A stretch of DNA of 63,551 nt, counting the filler, from Dugesia japonica (taxonomy: Eukaryota), in the NCBI GenBank assembly GCA_001938525.1. It is 5 parts of 5 records of this genome, joined end to end, with 100 filler letters (N's around TTAATTAATTAA, not from the genome) between each part and the next. Parts side by side here need not be neighbours in the genome. Positions count along the whole stretch, not along the records: positions 17,470 to 28,675 come from MQRL01604962.1; positions 28,776 to 45,089 come from MQRL01601232.1; 3 more parts are not named here. One strand, given 5' to 3'. Shown piece by piece: positions 27,613 through 40,049 of the stretch. Numbering within the stretch: the stretch's first letter is position 1; every line of letters begins with the position of its first letter. The notes below the pieces were generated by a model. It saw only the letters and a program-made list of their open reading frames with translations. It was not told the DNA's origin and searched no databases. The position numbers and the translations under genes were made by a program.

Positions 27613-28675
27613 GAAATAAATGATGTATAAAAATATAAGTTGTGATTTGGAAAATGAATTATCAATTGGAAATTTACCTAACAATAACAAATAATTAAAA
27701 CGCAAGTGAATTTCAAATATTTGATTTTGATATATAAAAATTCCCTAGTTAAAAGTTTTACTAATTCGAATTTTGCAAAGTCATTCTCCTATTTCTCCAA
27801 TTTACAATTGAAGAGCTATTTAATTTTGCAATCCCAACGAGTTTCTAGTAACTACTTCAATGCCATATTTAAAATAAATTTTTTAAGAATTCTACAAGTA
27901 TGTAAGACTTATTTCATTCAAAAAGCTTGCAACAAAATCAAAAGAAATTTTATAACATTTTAAAAATGAGCTCTCTACAAAAATCTTATTGTTTATACTG
28001 CAANAAAACAAAATCAGCAGGAAATATATTCTAGATTTATTCAAGGATGTGTTAATTAAATGTGAAAAGTATAAAAAAAAAACCTAAAACTAAAGTTTAT
28101 AATAAAATGTATAAAAAATGTTTTAAAAAAATCTGACAATTTTTAGACACACTTTTTCATCAAAATCTAACTGGTAAGTGGTTAAATCTATCCGAACTAT
28201 TTGCTATGCAGCTGTTTTTCTCTGACAAACTAAATCATTAAATCATTAAGGAATTCATTAACTCAATCGCAACTTTCATTGCTTATCAATAACAGGTTGG
28301 TAAAAAAAGAATGTCATTTATTAATAGTTAACTTTAAAAGCAAATAGGTCATTCATAATAAAATTTATTAATTGAAATAAAATCCATTAGTATCTACACA
28401 ATTTTGTAAACATCAATCAAGTTTTTGAATTCTGGCAAAATAAAATTCATGGGTACTTGAGTTGACAAACTTGTTGAAAGTCGTTTCAGCCCCACCTTGG
28501 TTTTTGAAGAATTACTAGAACACAAAATTGTCGAGAGGTTTGAAGAAGTGATAATCTTTTGTCGAAAGTTCTGGTATATAAGGAAGTTGGGGCAAAGTTT
28601 CGTAGCCAAGTTATTCAATTTTTGCAAGCTTATGCTAATTTCGAAAACATTTAGTTTCCTTTTTGATGCTGAATT

Positions 28676-28775
28676 NNNNNNNNNNNNNNNNNNNNNNNNN
28701 NNNNNNNNNNNNNNNNNNNTTAATTAATTAANNNNNNNNNNNNNNNNNNNNNNNNNNNNNNNNNNNNNNNNNNNN
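28676..28775. other. Artificial contig linker
   Basis: 44 N + TTAATTAATTAA + 44 N. Confidence 0.95.
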
Positions 28776-29277
28776 ATTAATAATTCAAGACAAGATAAAA
28801 CTTTTGCATATTACATTAGAAAAAAGTTGTATAACATAACAAAGAGCATGCATGATACTGTGAGTAAAGATTTCTCTTTCATTTCCTAATATTACTAATG
28901 GATTACTAATAGTAATAATAGGCAGTAAGCGGAAACGTTTTTTTGTAAATTACCCTTACAGAATAATATCAATAATTATAATGGTAGCATGAAAAATTAA
29001 AAACACCTAAGATTATAAATTAATGTTTTATAGACTTTACCATATTCTTTTAGACACCTAATTAAGTTATAATAGAACCATGTTAAAACGAGAATTTATT
29101 TTTTATTTTGAACTTGTAAAATAAAAGATCATTTTTCTCTTTCAAAAATTCGTGTTTCATTTTCTACCTCAAGTCAACGATTAAAACATTGTTCAATTTA
29201 ATTTCACTCGGTTTCAAGATCTGAATAATTATATTCAAATCGATTTCAATTGTAAACTAAACTTATTTTTATAATAG

Positions 29278-29360
29278 ATCTGGACAATTAAAGTTTCAAA
29301 CTTAAACATAGAACATGAAGAAGAAACATATGTTACTAGTTTTATTGAAATTGATCCAGA
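29278..29360 (+). CDS. OCA2: P protein (OCA2) exon, lumenal loop
   Basis: IWTIKVSNLNIEHEEETYVTSFIEIDP; AG/GT bounded, phase 2 out matches the exon at 31935; position fits the OCA2 loop before TM2. Confidence 0.75.
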
Positions 29361-29517
29361 GTAAGAATTTGGTTTTATTATAATAATGCATGTATGGTTA
29401 AGATTCAAGTGGTTTTATAATTAAACAATTTTATATTTGAATTTAATTTTGAAAATATTTTAATGTTACATTATTAGTCGGCAACTTTTACTAATTTAAA
29501 TAATTTATAATATTTCG

Positions 29518-29771
29518 TTAAAAAAAAGCTTCGATCTAATTTTTTTTGTTTTTGATAGTATTTTGAATTATCGACTTTGTCTTCGTCAGGAATTGAAAAT
29601 CAATTCAAAGTCAAAAATTGAAAAGTTAATTCCTGACAAAGACAATAGTCTAAAATTAGAAATATTATCATTAAAAATAATTGATCGAAACTTTTATTTT
29701 AATGTAATTGCAAATACGATCAATGGTTAAGTCCAAAAATTATTCTCTCAATAATTCTTGTAATTGTAAAA
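29518..29771. mobile_element. Inverted pair of Penelope pseudo-LTRs with hammerhead-like cores on both strands
   Basis: tcgactttgtcttcgtcaggaatt (minus strand) and aattcctgacaaagacaatagtc (plus strand, degenerate), with inverted flanks. Confidence 0.8.
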
Positions 29772-30381
29772 ATTTACAAAATATTTTATTTAACCTCTTG
29801 AATTAGTTGTGTTAGATGAGTTTGAAGTACTCATCGGATAATTAATGTCGAAACTCGTTTCCATAAAAGATTTATTCACAAAACAAAGCTATATCTATCA
29901 CTATTTGTTTATTCCAACAATTTAAAACTAGGTTTTAATTGGAAATCGTTTTTAAATTTTAGATAAAATTTTTATTTTATTATTAAATTGTCATTTATTA
30001 TTAAAATTTCAATTAAAATATTTCCAGAATTTTAAATCAAATAGTCATTTCTAAAAATCTACAATAAATTATGTATAAAAATATTTAAACTAATCCTTAA
30101 ACTATTCATAATTTTTATACAAAAATTTTAATTTAATTTACTCCAATTTATTATTTAATTTCTAACTTCGAATTTTTAAAAAAAGATTTTACGAAAATGA
30201 TTTCCAACCTCACCAATACATTACTACTCGCTTTTCACAAAATACTAGCAAGTTATTTACTTAGTTTTTCAGGAAAAAAAATTATTCCTAATCAATTTCA
30301 ACTTATTTTGATTTCATTTATAATTACAAATGTAATTTTAATTATTAGAAATGTTAATTTTTTATTTCTTTTTTCATTTAA

Positions 30382-30513
30382 CTACTGTCTTCTCTCGTAA
30401 AATACGCCTAGGCTTAGTATTCTGGAGTACCAAAAATAACTGAAATCTAAAAATGAAAATAATTTTTCAAACAAAACGCCTAGGCGTTGTAATAGAGATA
30501 AATAATGAAGTAG
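30382..30513. mobile_element. Short TTAA-flanked MITE (piggyBac-like)
   Basis: TTAA-ctact...agtag-TTAA with an internal repeated palindrome cgcctaggc. Confidence 0.5.
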
Positions 30514-31934
30514 TTAATTTTTAAAATATTAAGTCAACATTTATTACAATAAAATAAACAAAACAAAAATTCACTTAAATGTAGGTAATTACAGAAATAA
30601 AGTACTTGAATAATTAATATCTACAATGTATTAAATAATTACATTTCACAACTTTTCTTATTGTTTTAAATATCATATTTTAAGACCATAAAAGTTTTCA
30701 ATTTTTATAATTTGCAAATCTTTGACTGGATTATCAACATTCATACCATAAGTTTCTTTATTTATTTTGCAGCAAATAGAGTCCAAACTGAGGCAAGTAA
30801 TAGTCCAATTTTCCATGATAGAAATTGCATATATTTCAGCACCTGATTCAGTCGATTGGCCAGTATTTTATGTATTTTCATCGTCATCGTCAATGAGACT
30901 AGNNNNNNNNNNNNNNNNNNNNNNNNNNNNNNNNNNNNNNNNNNNNNNNNNNAATTCACTTAAATGTAGGTAATTACAGAAATAAAGTACTTGAATAATT
31001 AATATCTACAATGTATTAAATAATTACATTTCACAACTTTTCTTATTGTTTTAAATATCATATTTTAAGACCATAAAAGTTTTCAATTTTTATAATTTGC
31101 AAATCTTTGACTGGATTATCAACATTCATACCATAAGTTTCTTTATTTATTTTGCAGCAAATAGAGTCCAAACTGAGGCAAGTAATAGTCNNNNNNNNNN
31201 NNNNNNNNNNNNNNNNNNNNNNNNNNNNNNNNNNNNNNNNNNNNNNNNNNNNNNNNNNNNNNNNNNNNNNNNNNNNNNNNNNNNNNNNNNNNNNNNNNCT
31301 TCTTAGTAAAGTAATAATCTCAGGGAGATATATTCTTTAATCCATTTGTTAAAATCACCGGAACACAATTTTGCAGCCTTTATACATTCGAAAAGGCCAA
31401 AAAAATGCTGTCTTCAAATGTTTTAATTTAATTTAATCAATTATGCAATGTATTCAATGAATAATTGAAAGTCTTTATTAAAAAATTGTCATTTTTATTC
31501 GATTATTTAAATATTAAAATATGTGAATTGAAAACATAAACCAATAATAGTTAAAATCCCTTAATTGATAATTATATTGATAATTTCTTTAGAAAACCAT
31601 TTTCGGAAAATTAATTTTAAATTTAGTTATTTTGTTTATTTATTCGAATTTAACGCTCAGTGGGCGTACTCTCGAACACGGCCCCTATGAGTTTACGATG
31701 GAAGACAGTAGTTGTAATCAGAGAAACTCTCTTGCAACTTCGATTGTATAGTTTCTTTAATCAATTTTAAAAATATTTTTTCTTTTTATTGCCGATTTGT
31801 ATAATTTGAAATAATTAATTTACAAAGTGTTATAAATTGAATATTTCATAAACTACTTAATCTTTGAATTATACTTATCATATGAACTTTGATTTGATTA
31901 ATTTTATTTCATCATCAAGTTTGATTTTTTACAG

Positions 31935-32091
31935 ATTTTCTAATGGAGAAATTGAAATCCAATTGCGAACTAACTCTATTACCCCAATACCGATTGGTTT
32001 AAATTTTATTTTCATGGCTTACTCAGTCTATTATCAAATTGTTATTGCCGGTATTATATTGTTAGGAATGTATTTATTAATTATATTTGAA
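31935..32091 (+). CDS. OCA2: P protein (OCA2) exon
   Basis: FSNGEIEIQLRTN...YQIVIAGIILLGMYLLIIFE matches OCA2 QVTIATAILAGVYALIIFE; canonical splice sites. Confidence 0.92.
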
Positions 32092-32147
32092 GTAATTTTT
32101 TTTTTAAAAATGTATTTAAAGAAAAATAAATTTGTCAAATAAAATAG

Positions 32148-32219
32148 CTTGTTCATCGGTCAATTGCAGCAATTTTAGGATCACTTAGCGCTTTTGCAAC
32201 TTTATCTACTTTAAATTTG
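32148..32219 (+). CDS. OCA2: P protein (OCA2) exon
   Basis: LVHRSIAAILGSLSAFATLSTLNL; preceded by a 56-nt intron. Confidence 0.93.
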
Positions 32220-32294
32220 GTAATACTTTAATTTTCTATATAATACTTATAAATTTAAGTAGTATATTAATTTTTAAAATAAAATAATTTCTAG

Positions 32295-32417
32295 AGGCCT
32301 TCACTTGAGACAATTATATCCTGGCTAGATTTTGACACATTAAATTTGCTGTTTGGAATGATGTTAATTGTCGGGATATTTTCGGAAACTGGATTTTTCG
32401 ATTGGATAGCTTTTCAG
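32295..32417 (+). CDS. OCA2: P protein (OCA2) exon
   Basis: [41 protein letters not shown]; preceded by a 75-nt intron. Confidence 0.95.
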
Positions 32418-33570
32418 GTTATCAAACAGTTTCTTTTTATTTTACGTACTTGACAATTATAATAAAAGTATTCTAATAAAAACGAGAACAATGCTAAATC
32501 ATAGAAAATAGAAAATAATAGATTAAAATTATGTTAACAATAAACGTATGAATTTGTTCATATAAATTGATATATTTATAAATATCAAATTATTTATTTT
32601 CTATTTTTTTTGTTTAAACAGTCAATACTAATGAATTTTGATTTTAAAATTTAACAACAAACAAGGCCTGGATACTGGAATGTACTTATTAATTTTGTTT
32701 AGTAATTAATCTTATAAGATTTATATTTTGCAAACATAAAGCTCTTCGAGAAAAATCTTTCAACTTAATTTTCTACCTTACAAAATTATGTCTCAACATC
32801 TTTGTCGATTTCTTTAATTTACTAGATATGGAATTTCTTTAATTACATCTTGCTTACTGTTGAAGGCTTTTTGTAAACAAACTTGAAATCCCTCAGCTTT
32901 TTTCAGAATATTGGCATACATTTCCAAGAAATATTCATCTACTATGCAGGGAACTAACATTATTGTTCACTTTGTGTGATACCTTTTACATTTCACATCG
33001 TTTAATGAATCTCTTGAGGTCAACATCGAGATAAAAACACTTTTGCTAGCAATTTAATAGTGATTGCATTAGTTTTCATTAAAATAAAACTGCGATCAAA
33101 TATATTTTTGTTTTTGATAATAATCAAACGCGTANNNNNNNNNNNNNNNNNNNNNNNNNNNNNNNNNNNNNNNNNNNNNNNNNNNNNNNNNNNNNNNNNN
33201 NNNNNNNNNNNNNNNNNNNNNNNNNNNNNNNNNNNNNNNNNNNNNNNNNNNNNNNNNNNNNNNNNNNNNNNNNNNNNNNNNNNNNNNNNNNNNNNNNNNN
33301 NNNNNNNNNNNNNNTGTGAATTTAATATTGCTAAATCTAGTCTATAGACTACAAATTTTGTAACCTATGACCAGAAACATACATCTTATTTGGAATTAGT
33401 ATTTCGGTTGCATTTCTTCTTGCTTGACTAATCACATGTTTTGTCTGCATCAGTTTCTTCTTTAGTCTGTACTTTAGTAGCCATTACGTAGGATTACTGT
33501 TAATTTTTCCGTGGGGAGGCGCAAAATATGAATGTTGTCCCCGGTCGCCAAACACACTAGCTACGTCTCT

Positions 33571-33720
33571 GATAATAATTCTTATTTTCGATTTTGTCTT
33601 CGTCAGGAAAAGTTAATTCCTGACGAAGACAAAGTCGAAAAGTAGAATTATTATCAAAAACAAAAAATAAATTTGATCGAAGTTTTATTTTAATAAAATC
33701 TCAAAAACGATCAGTTACAA
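33571..33720. mobile_element. Inverted pair of Penelope pseudo-LTR ends with back-to-back hammerhead cores
   Basis: 85-nt imperfect palindrome 33571-33655 followed by the family tail. Confidence 0.8.
33614..33650 (+). ncRNA. Minimal type I hammerhead ribozyme
   Basis: TAATTC-CTGACGA-A-GAC aaa GTC-GAAA-ag-TA-GAATTA; stem I closes U-A where the 50987 copy has C-G. Confidence 0.7.
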
Positions 33721-33812
33721 TGATTAACAATTTTTATTTTAATATTGGCGTAATTTTGATTTTAATAAATATTGTTATATTTAAAGAAGTCTTATTTGAA
33801 AAATAACTTAAC

Positions 33813-35640
33813 TGGCGTCCACGCCGAAAATGTTAATGTAGTGACACGCCAAAAGCAACAAAAAGATGACTCCGAAGCTTATAAATTTTAATATAAGAAA
33901 ATTTGATGTCAAAAATGCTTCAGAAGCTACATAATGACTGAAAGAAATCGAAGAATGGCTCATTTTGAATGATTTTAGCTTGATGGGATGTTTTGATCTC
34001 TTTTTATTAGAGGAAGCTGGAGTTTTATGGAAATATTCAAAGTGGAATGGAAATACGAAAGGAGAGACAATGTGGTTTGTAAGCACTTTTACAATAAAAA
34101 AATCTATCACGGAAATGATAATGGAGCTTGCAACAGTTAAAAAGATTCAGGAGAGATTTGCAACGTTCCAGATATGATTAAGAAATTAAGTTAACTGTGT
34201 TTTGAATTCAGGGTTAAGTCATGACAAAATTATAAATGATTTGCTGACAAAGAAAGTCAAGAATCGAAATTTGCAAGAGACACTTATAACAAGACCAGAT
34301 ATTAAAGTTGCCGAGGTGAGATTTCTGGCAAAAATATATGAAGATGAAAAACATTTTAAATTCGTTGCTGGAAATTGAAGATATTTTAACTCAATATCGA
34401 GAAAGAATTAATCAAATGTGTTAAAAGGAGACCAAAATAATCATGAGAGNNNNNNNNNNNNNNAGTAGTCAATTAATTTTAAAACCAATAATAATGTAAG
34501 ATATGAAAAACCAAGAACAGAAATGTCAACGTCTCAGAGAAAATACAACGAGAGGATGTCACAACCGGTGATTACAGAGACACAGTGTTTAAGTAGGAAG
34601 CTCGAGAAATGTTACGGCGTTTAGTACAAAAGGGGGTCAATTTAGGTTAAATCGGATCCCATTCGGGATAGCAACTGCACCGGAAACATTTCAAAAGTTT
34701 TTGCATGATATGTTACCAGGGGTAATTTTTAAAGGTGTTATTATATATTATTATATGGAAAGATAGTTGAAGTTCATAGAGAAATATAGAAAGTAGTTTT
34801 TAACAGAATCAGAGAATCTGAATTGAGGATAAATCCAGAAAAATGCAAATTTTACCAAAAACAACTGGTCTTTTTGCGACACACAATAAGTACAGAAGGA
34901 ATAAAAACAAACGAAACTAAAATTCAGGAAATAAAAATTCCTGAAGAACCAAAATTTTCATTTAAACTCAGATCTTTTCTTGGCTTAACGAATTTACTAC
35001 AGGTGTTTTATCAAGGATTACTCCAGAATTGGAACAACTTCATATGAAGCTATTCCAGGATGTGACAAAGCTTTGATGTGGACAGAAGCATACTGAACAA
35101 AATTTGAAAACTTAAAAGACAAGTATTTTAACGCATAATTTGAGATGAATTATCCGTACGATAAGAGATATGATTACAACTTCACTTAAAGGAAATTGTA
35201 GCGAGAAAAACTGGGATGCATTATCAAGAATTAAGTTCAATATAAATGCTACTGTTCAAGAGTCTACGAAATTGTCACCATTTGAGATTATTTTTGAAAA
35301 GCGGATAAATTTGCATGCCAAGAGGGAAACCTTTCTGTAAACAAAAAAGTTAATCTAGAGATAGTTAGACAAAATTTAAAAGCAGCAGCTAATAGAATGG
35401 CAAACTCTGAAAATGAACAGCGTGGACACAGAATTTTTAAAGTGGGGGAGCAGGTGTTAGTTTGTGTTGAACCAAACAAAAGAAAGAAGAATGACTCTCA
35501 TTATGAAGGACCATATCAAATAATAAAGTTCCTATTAGACCTGCAAGTAGAAATAAAATTTCCTCATTCTTCATAGTACAGAAGAAGAGAATGGCATTAA
35601 AAGTGGAAAGTAGTTTGAAGAAGGAGAGAGTTACAATGAT
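33813..35640 (+). mobile_element. Internally deleted Ty3/gypsy element (gag, RT and integrase fragments)
   Basis: Candidate primer-binding site tggcgtccacgccg at 33813; LRINPEKCKF...LRSFLGL; NATVQESTKLSPFEII; YEGPY; polypurine tract gaagaaggagagag at ~35618. Confidence 0.85.
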
Positions 35641-35740
35641 TAACACTTAGTTTTAATAATATTTAAAATTTCTGTAATTTTGATTTTTAATATATATTGT
35701 TATATTTAAATGAAGTCTGATTTGGAAAGTAATTTAACTC

Positions 35741-35790
35741 AATCAATGGTTACGTCCAACAATTATTCTCGTAATAATTGTATTTGTAAA
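35741..35790 (+). repeat. Penelope pseudo-LTR tail fragment
   Basis: atcaatggttacgtccaacaattattctcgtaataattg. Confidence 0.7.
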
Positions 35791-36759
35791 ATGATTGCAT
35801 CAATGTTAATAAAATCGTCTAAAGACAATTTATTTTCAATGATAACACCACTTGTTTTGTATATAATTTTTTTAAAAAAATCCAAAGATAGCTTGGTATA
35901 AAGTAGTTACATAGTGGTACTCCAGCTCACCCATCCCCGGGCTGAAAAGTTTTTTAGACCGACATTTTTATTCATAGAAATTTAGCTGAAAATTTTAAAA
36001 AACTTTTTTATTTTGGGAATTTGGAATTCAGTCTTATACACGCACTCACAAAAGGTTTCGTCCTGGCTTTTATCATGGTAAACATCATTCAAATCAAAGG
36101 TTTATTGTGATGAAAAATATCATAGTTAAAAGTGAAGATTACATATACACAATAAATTAAATGAAAAATAACATTGCGACTCTCTCCAAGGAATATTAAC
36201 ATTGAAATCTAGTTGCTCCCTGAGTGGTCATTAATATTAAAATAAAAATTCACAACCAAAAAATTAAATGAAAGAACACTAGAATTCTCACCGAGTAGAT
36301 TTAATATTATAATAATAGTATAGACATAACAAATTAAATAACAAAAGAACAGAAGATTTTTAAACAACAATATATTCAAATTAAATCTTCTTTTCTATCC
36401 ATCTGATTGAGTTATCTGAGACTTGTGAGTTGAATTTTTAAATAATAAAAATTATATAATTTCAATTAACAAATAAAAACATTAAAACCTTTACATTGAT
36501 TAGATAAANTTATTCATTACGGTTTGAAATACTATAATGCCCATATAGTATACTTTTATTTTTATCTACCNATACATGCATATCGTATGTATTAGTCAAA
36601 GCTACTTTGGAACGATTAATGCAAAATAGTTGTTGGTCTTAACTGCAAATTCCTTATTGGTTAACTGATAACTTTTGATTATTATTACAACAATTAAAGT
36701 GCGACTGATGATTTATGTTGGTACCTTTTAATTTTATTCACTTAGCCTTCATAAATGTT

Positions 36760-37627
36760 TTTCGCTAAGGAGACTGTAAACTTTAAACCTCTAAACTCAA
36801 ATGTCATCAATTTGGGATGCAGTTACTGAGGAAATGTACTTGAAAGCTGTTGAGATGTCGGAATTTTGTGGTTATAAAAATTTTTTAGATTATATGATGG
36901 TCTATTTGAAACTTGATGTTTTTCTTTTTTCCGATTTCTTTAGGCAATTTCTAGCTAAATCTTTAGAAGATAATAGGTTAGAACCACTTAATTTCTTTGA
37001 AATTCCTAGAATGAGTTGAGCTTTTAACTTGATGATTTTAAATGAATCCATTAAACTTTTGTCCGATATTGATATGCACACTTTCTTTGAAGGTGGTATC
37101 AGAGGAAGTTTAACTTTTGTAAATAAACATTATGTAGCTACAGATAATGATACTGAGCTTTTGTATATAGATATTGATAATCTATATGGTTGGGCGTTAA
37201 CCCTTTGTACGCATAAATCTACGATAATAGCTCAAGTTTCTTTTCTTTTCGACGCCTAAATCAACTATAGTCCATGGGTTTTTAAAAAAAAGCTATTTTC
37301 CGACGCGGTAGTCGACTTTGTATTTAATTTAGATATTGATTTTCAAAAAATTAAAAGGATTTTTTAGAATAATTTATTTTTTGCATTTTTCAGATCCAAT
37401 TTTATTTTTCGTTTAACGCGTTCAACGGGTTAAGCNNNNNNNNNNNNNNNNNNNNNNNNNNNNNNNNNNNNNNNNNNNNNNNNNNNNNNNNNNNNNNNNN
37501 NNNNNNNNNNNNNNNNNNNNNNNNNNNNNNNNNTATAGTGTTGAAGTTGATTTGCTGATACCTGACGAAATACATAACTACTTAAGTGATTTAGTGGTTG
37601 CTGCTGAGAAACAAATTGTACCAGGTA
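36760..37627 (+). mobile_element. Polinton/Maverick protein-primed DNA polymerase B remnant
   Basis: DYMMVYLKLDVFLFSDFF, FFEGGIRG, LLYIDIDNLYGWALS (region II; WALS is restored on removing the TTAA insert), VEVDLLIPDEIHNYLSDL. Confidence 0.9.
37201..37429. mobile_element. piggyBac-type MITE inserted into pPolB
   Basis: TTAA at 37197-37200 and 37430-37433; terminal repeats ccctttgtacgc / gcgttcaacggg (10 of 12 match). Confidence 0.85.
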
Positions 37628-38140
37628 CAGGTAACCTTCCTACAACGCGGTAGATAGGTTCCTAAAAAATGCCGAGTTGTAAGAAATTGTGTTGTAGGGA
37701 CGTTAACTCCATACAAAAATCAGAGTTTGGTTCCAAATCGCAAAATTGGTTTTTATTTGGTATATACTTACTATATTTTTGTTTTTTTATTGAGTCATTT
37801 ATTTAAACTTCATTTATTTAAACAAAAACAAAACAATATAAAATAAAAATAGAATTTAAAAGCTACTTAACATATTCAAGTTAAAAGATTTAATGAATAA
37901 AAAAATTGTTTCACAAAGTTTGTTTAATTTAATTCTTACGACTTCTTTGTGAATGACGGGAAAAGCATAAATTTCAATAACGTATTTTGAAATTTTATTA
38001 ACGGGAAAAACCCTATTTTTTAAATTGAAATAAAAAAACTGTTCAAAAAAATGGCGTTACATATAAAAAGAATTCCGTGAAAATCGCGTTGTAGGAAACT
38101 TTTCACATTTTTGCAAACCGCGTTGTAGGATGGTTACCTG
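37628..38140. mobile_element. pogo/Tigger-type MITE
   Basis: TA target duplication; 23-nt terminal repeats caggtaaccttcctacaacgcgg / ccgcgttgtaggatggttacctg. Confidence 0.9.
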
Positions 38141-39007
38141 TACTTTTTATTTTGATTTGAAATTAAATTAATAACAGTAGAATAAGTTGATAATAAAGTT
38201 ATTTCATAACTATTTGTTGTTGTCATTAACATAATTCATTATTATTGTTCATACCGGTTATTTATTATTATTTGAAATAATATAAAAGTTATTATTCAAT
38301 AATTGATATTAGTCAGTAAATATATTTTCCTCGACTGATGATTAAGAATTCATTATCCTCTAATAAGTACTGTTTCCAATTCGGGTATCCGATAATTTAC
38401 ACAATTATTTTAGGTATTTGAAAATCTGAGTGATTGAATCGGATTAAAGTTTTAATGTTCAATCTGAGAGTTTCTTAAATTTCTTCTAAATTAATTATTG
38501 TATTGTTGTGGATAAACTTTATTATAATTATTGTATTAGTAGACTTCAATTTGGTAACGTTACATTTCAAGAATTGTGAAATTTTTTACGTTTCATATTT
38601 TTTGTTATTTGTAATTTATTATTAAAATTAAAAATTAGACAAAGCATATATAAACTACTGGGAACTTTTGCAAGAAATTTAGTAAGATTAAGTTTTTTGG
38701 CATTCAATACTTTCGTTTTATTAAAATATTGTTTTCCGAATAAAATTTATATTAGAGTAATACCTGTATTTTATTATTTATTCTTTTTGAATATTCGGAT
38801 ATTTTGAAAAATAAATATCCGAATATCAGGGTAGTTGTAAATTGCGTAATTTGAAAACACTGTTTAGAAGCGGCAAAGCTTTTGACTATGATAAATAGTA
38901 AGATATCTTGGAAACTATTTAGCTGCATTTATTATTAAAACTATTAAATTTTCTTTTAATATACCTGATAATTTTATTATTGGTGAAATTAGTTTTATTA
39001 TTTTTAG

Positions 39008-39271
39008 GCTTTTAAAATTGCCCATGGTAAACCGTGGCCTTTGTTGATTATCCTTTGTAGTGTTTCAGCAATTGTATCGGGGTTTCTTGACAATGTAACA
39101 ACTGTTCTCTTGCTCACACCAGTGACTATCAGATTGTGTGAGGCTCTTAAAATGGATCCAAAAAGAGTACTTATCGCTGAAGTTTTATTTTCAAATATTG
39201 GAGGAACTGCTACAGCTATTGGTGATCCTCCAAATGTTATTTTGGTTTCATCAAATGTACTAAGTAAAAAT
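39008..39271 (+). CDS. OCA2: P protein (OCA2) exon
   Basis: [22 protein letters not shown]...[22 protein letters not shown], the ArsB/NhaD/P-permease signature, nearly identical to OCA2. Confidence 0.97.
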
Positions 39272-40049
39272 GTAAGTTTTGTTATTTAGTTATTTTGAGG
39301 ATCTTTCTTAAATTATAAGTGTTGGAGTTTCCAACACAAAAGGTTATAAAACTAAAATAAATTTCTAATTTCTTAAGAAATAACTAGACTTTAAGTGTCA
39401 GGTAAAGGTCCGTCTAGGAAGAAATTAAACTTTGTTTAATTTAGTTTGTTTTCTTTAATTCAAATCTTCTGAAAATTCAAATTAATTTTCTGTAAACCTT
39501 GATTTAAAAAAACAGTTGATGGGAATTGAACGTGAATCATTATTTNTACTTATTTTCCAACACAATGTCAAAAATATTTGAATTGATAACAAGAACTAGA
39601 AACCATCATTTTGATTTAAGCTTTTTAATTTATTGAAACTTTAAAGATAAACAATATTTAAAAATTTCCAAACACACGATTCAATTTACTTTTCTATTTT
39701 CCTTTTAATTGATACATTTAAACAATCAAATACTTTAAATATTTATTTTAAATATAAATTTTACGTTTAATTTGGCAAAGTTTAATATTTCAAAAATTCA
39801 TTTTAATATATGCTTTAAAAATTGTTTTTAATTAGTTTTGTTAATATAATCTTGTTAAAAAATAAACAAGAATAATTTTGGAAATTTAATCAATTTAAAT
39901 AAGTAGTTTAAACATATCCAAAATTTATTTTTACATGAATAAGAAATACATTTAAAATTTCATATTACGTGTATAAATAGAAATTGACCTGCAATTAGAA
40001 GCAAATTAACTTGAAATTTATTAAAGAAATGGTGTTTATTATAACTTAC

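Noticed and set aside
17470-28675. Zinc-finger gene nested in, or spliced to, the block-1 gene or OCA2
   Set aside because: It is separated by artificial linkers, and the nearest candidate acceptor is not in phase with the 15786 donor.
30762-30902. Minus-strand ORF end (VLKYMQFLSWKIGLLLASVWTLFAAK) as a nested gene in OCA2
   Set aside because: Short, bounded by a gap, no splice or homology support.
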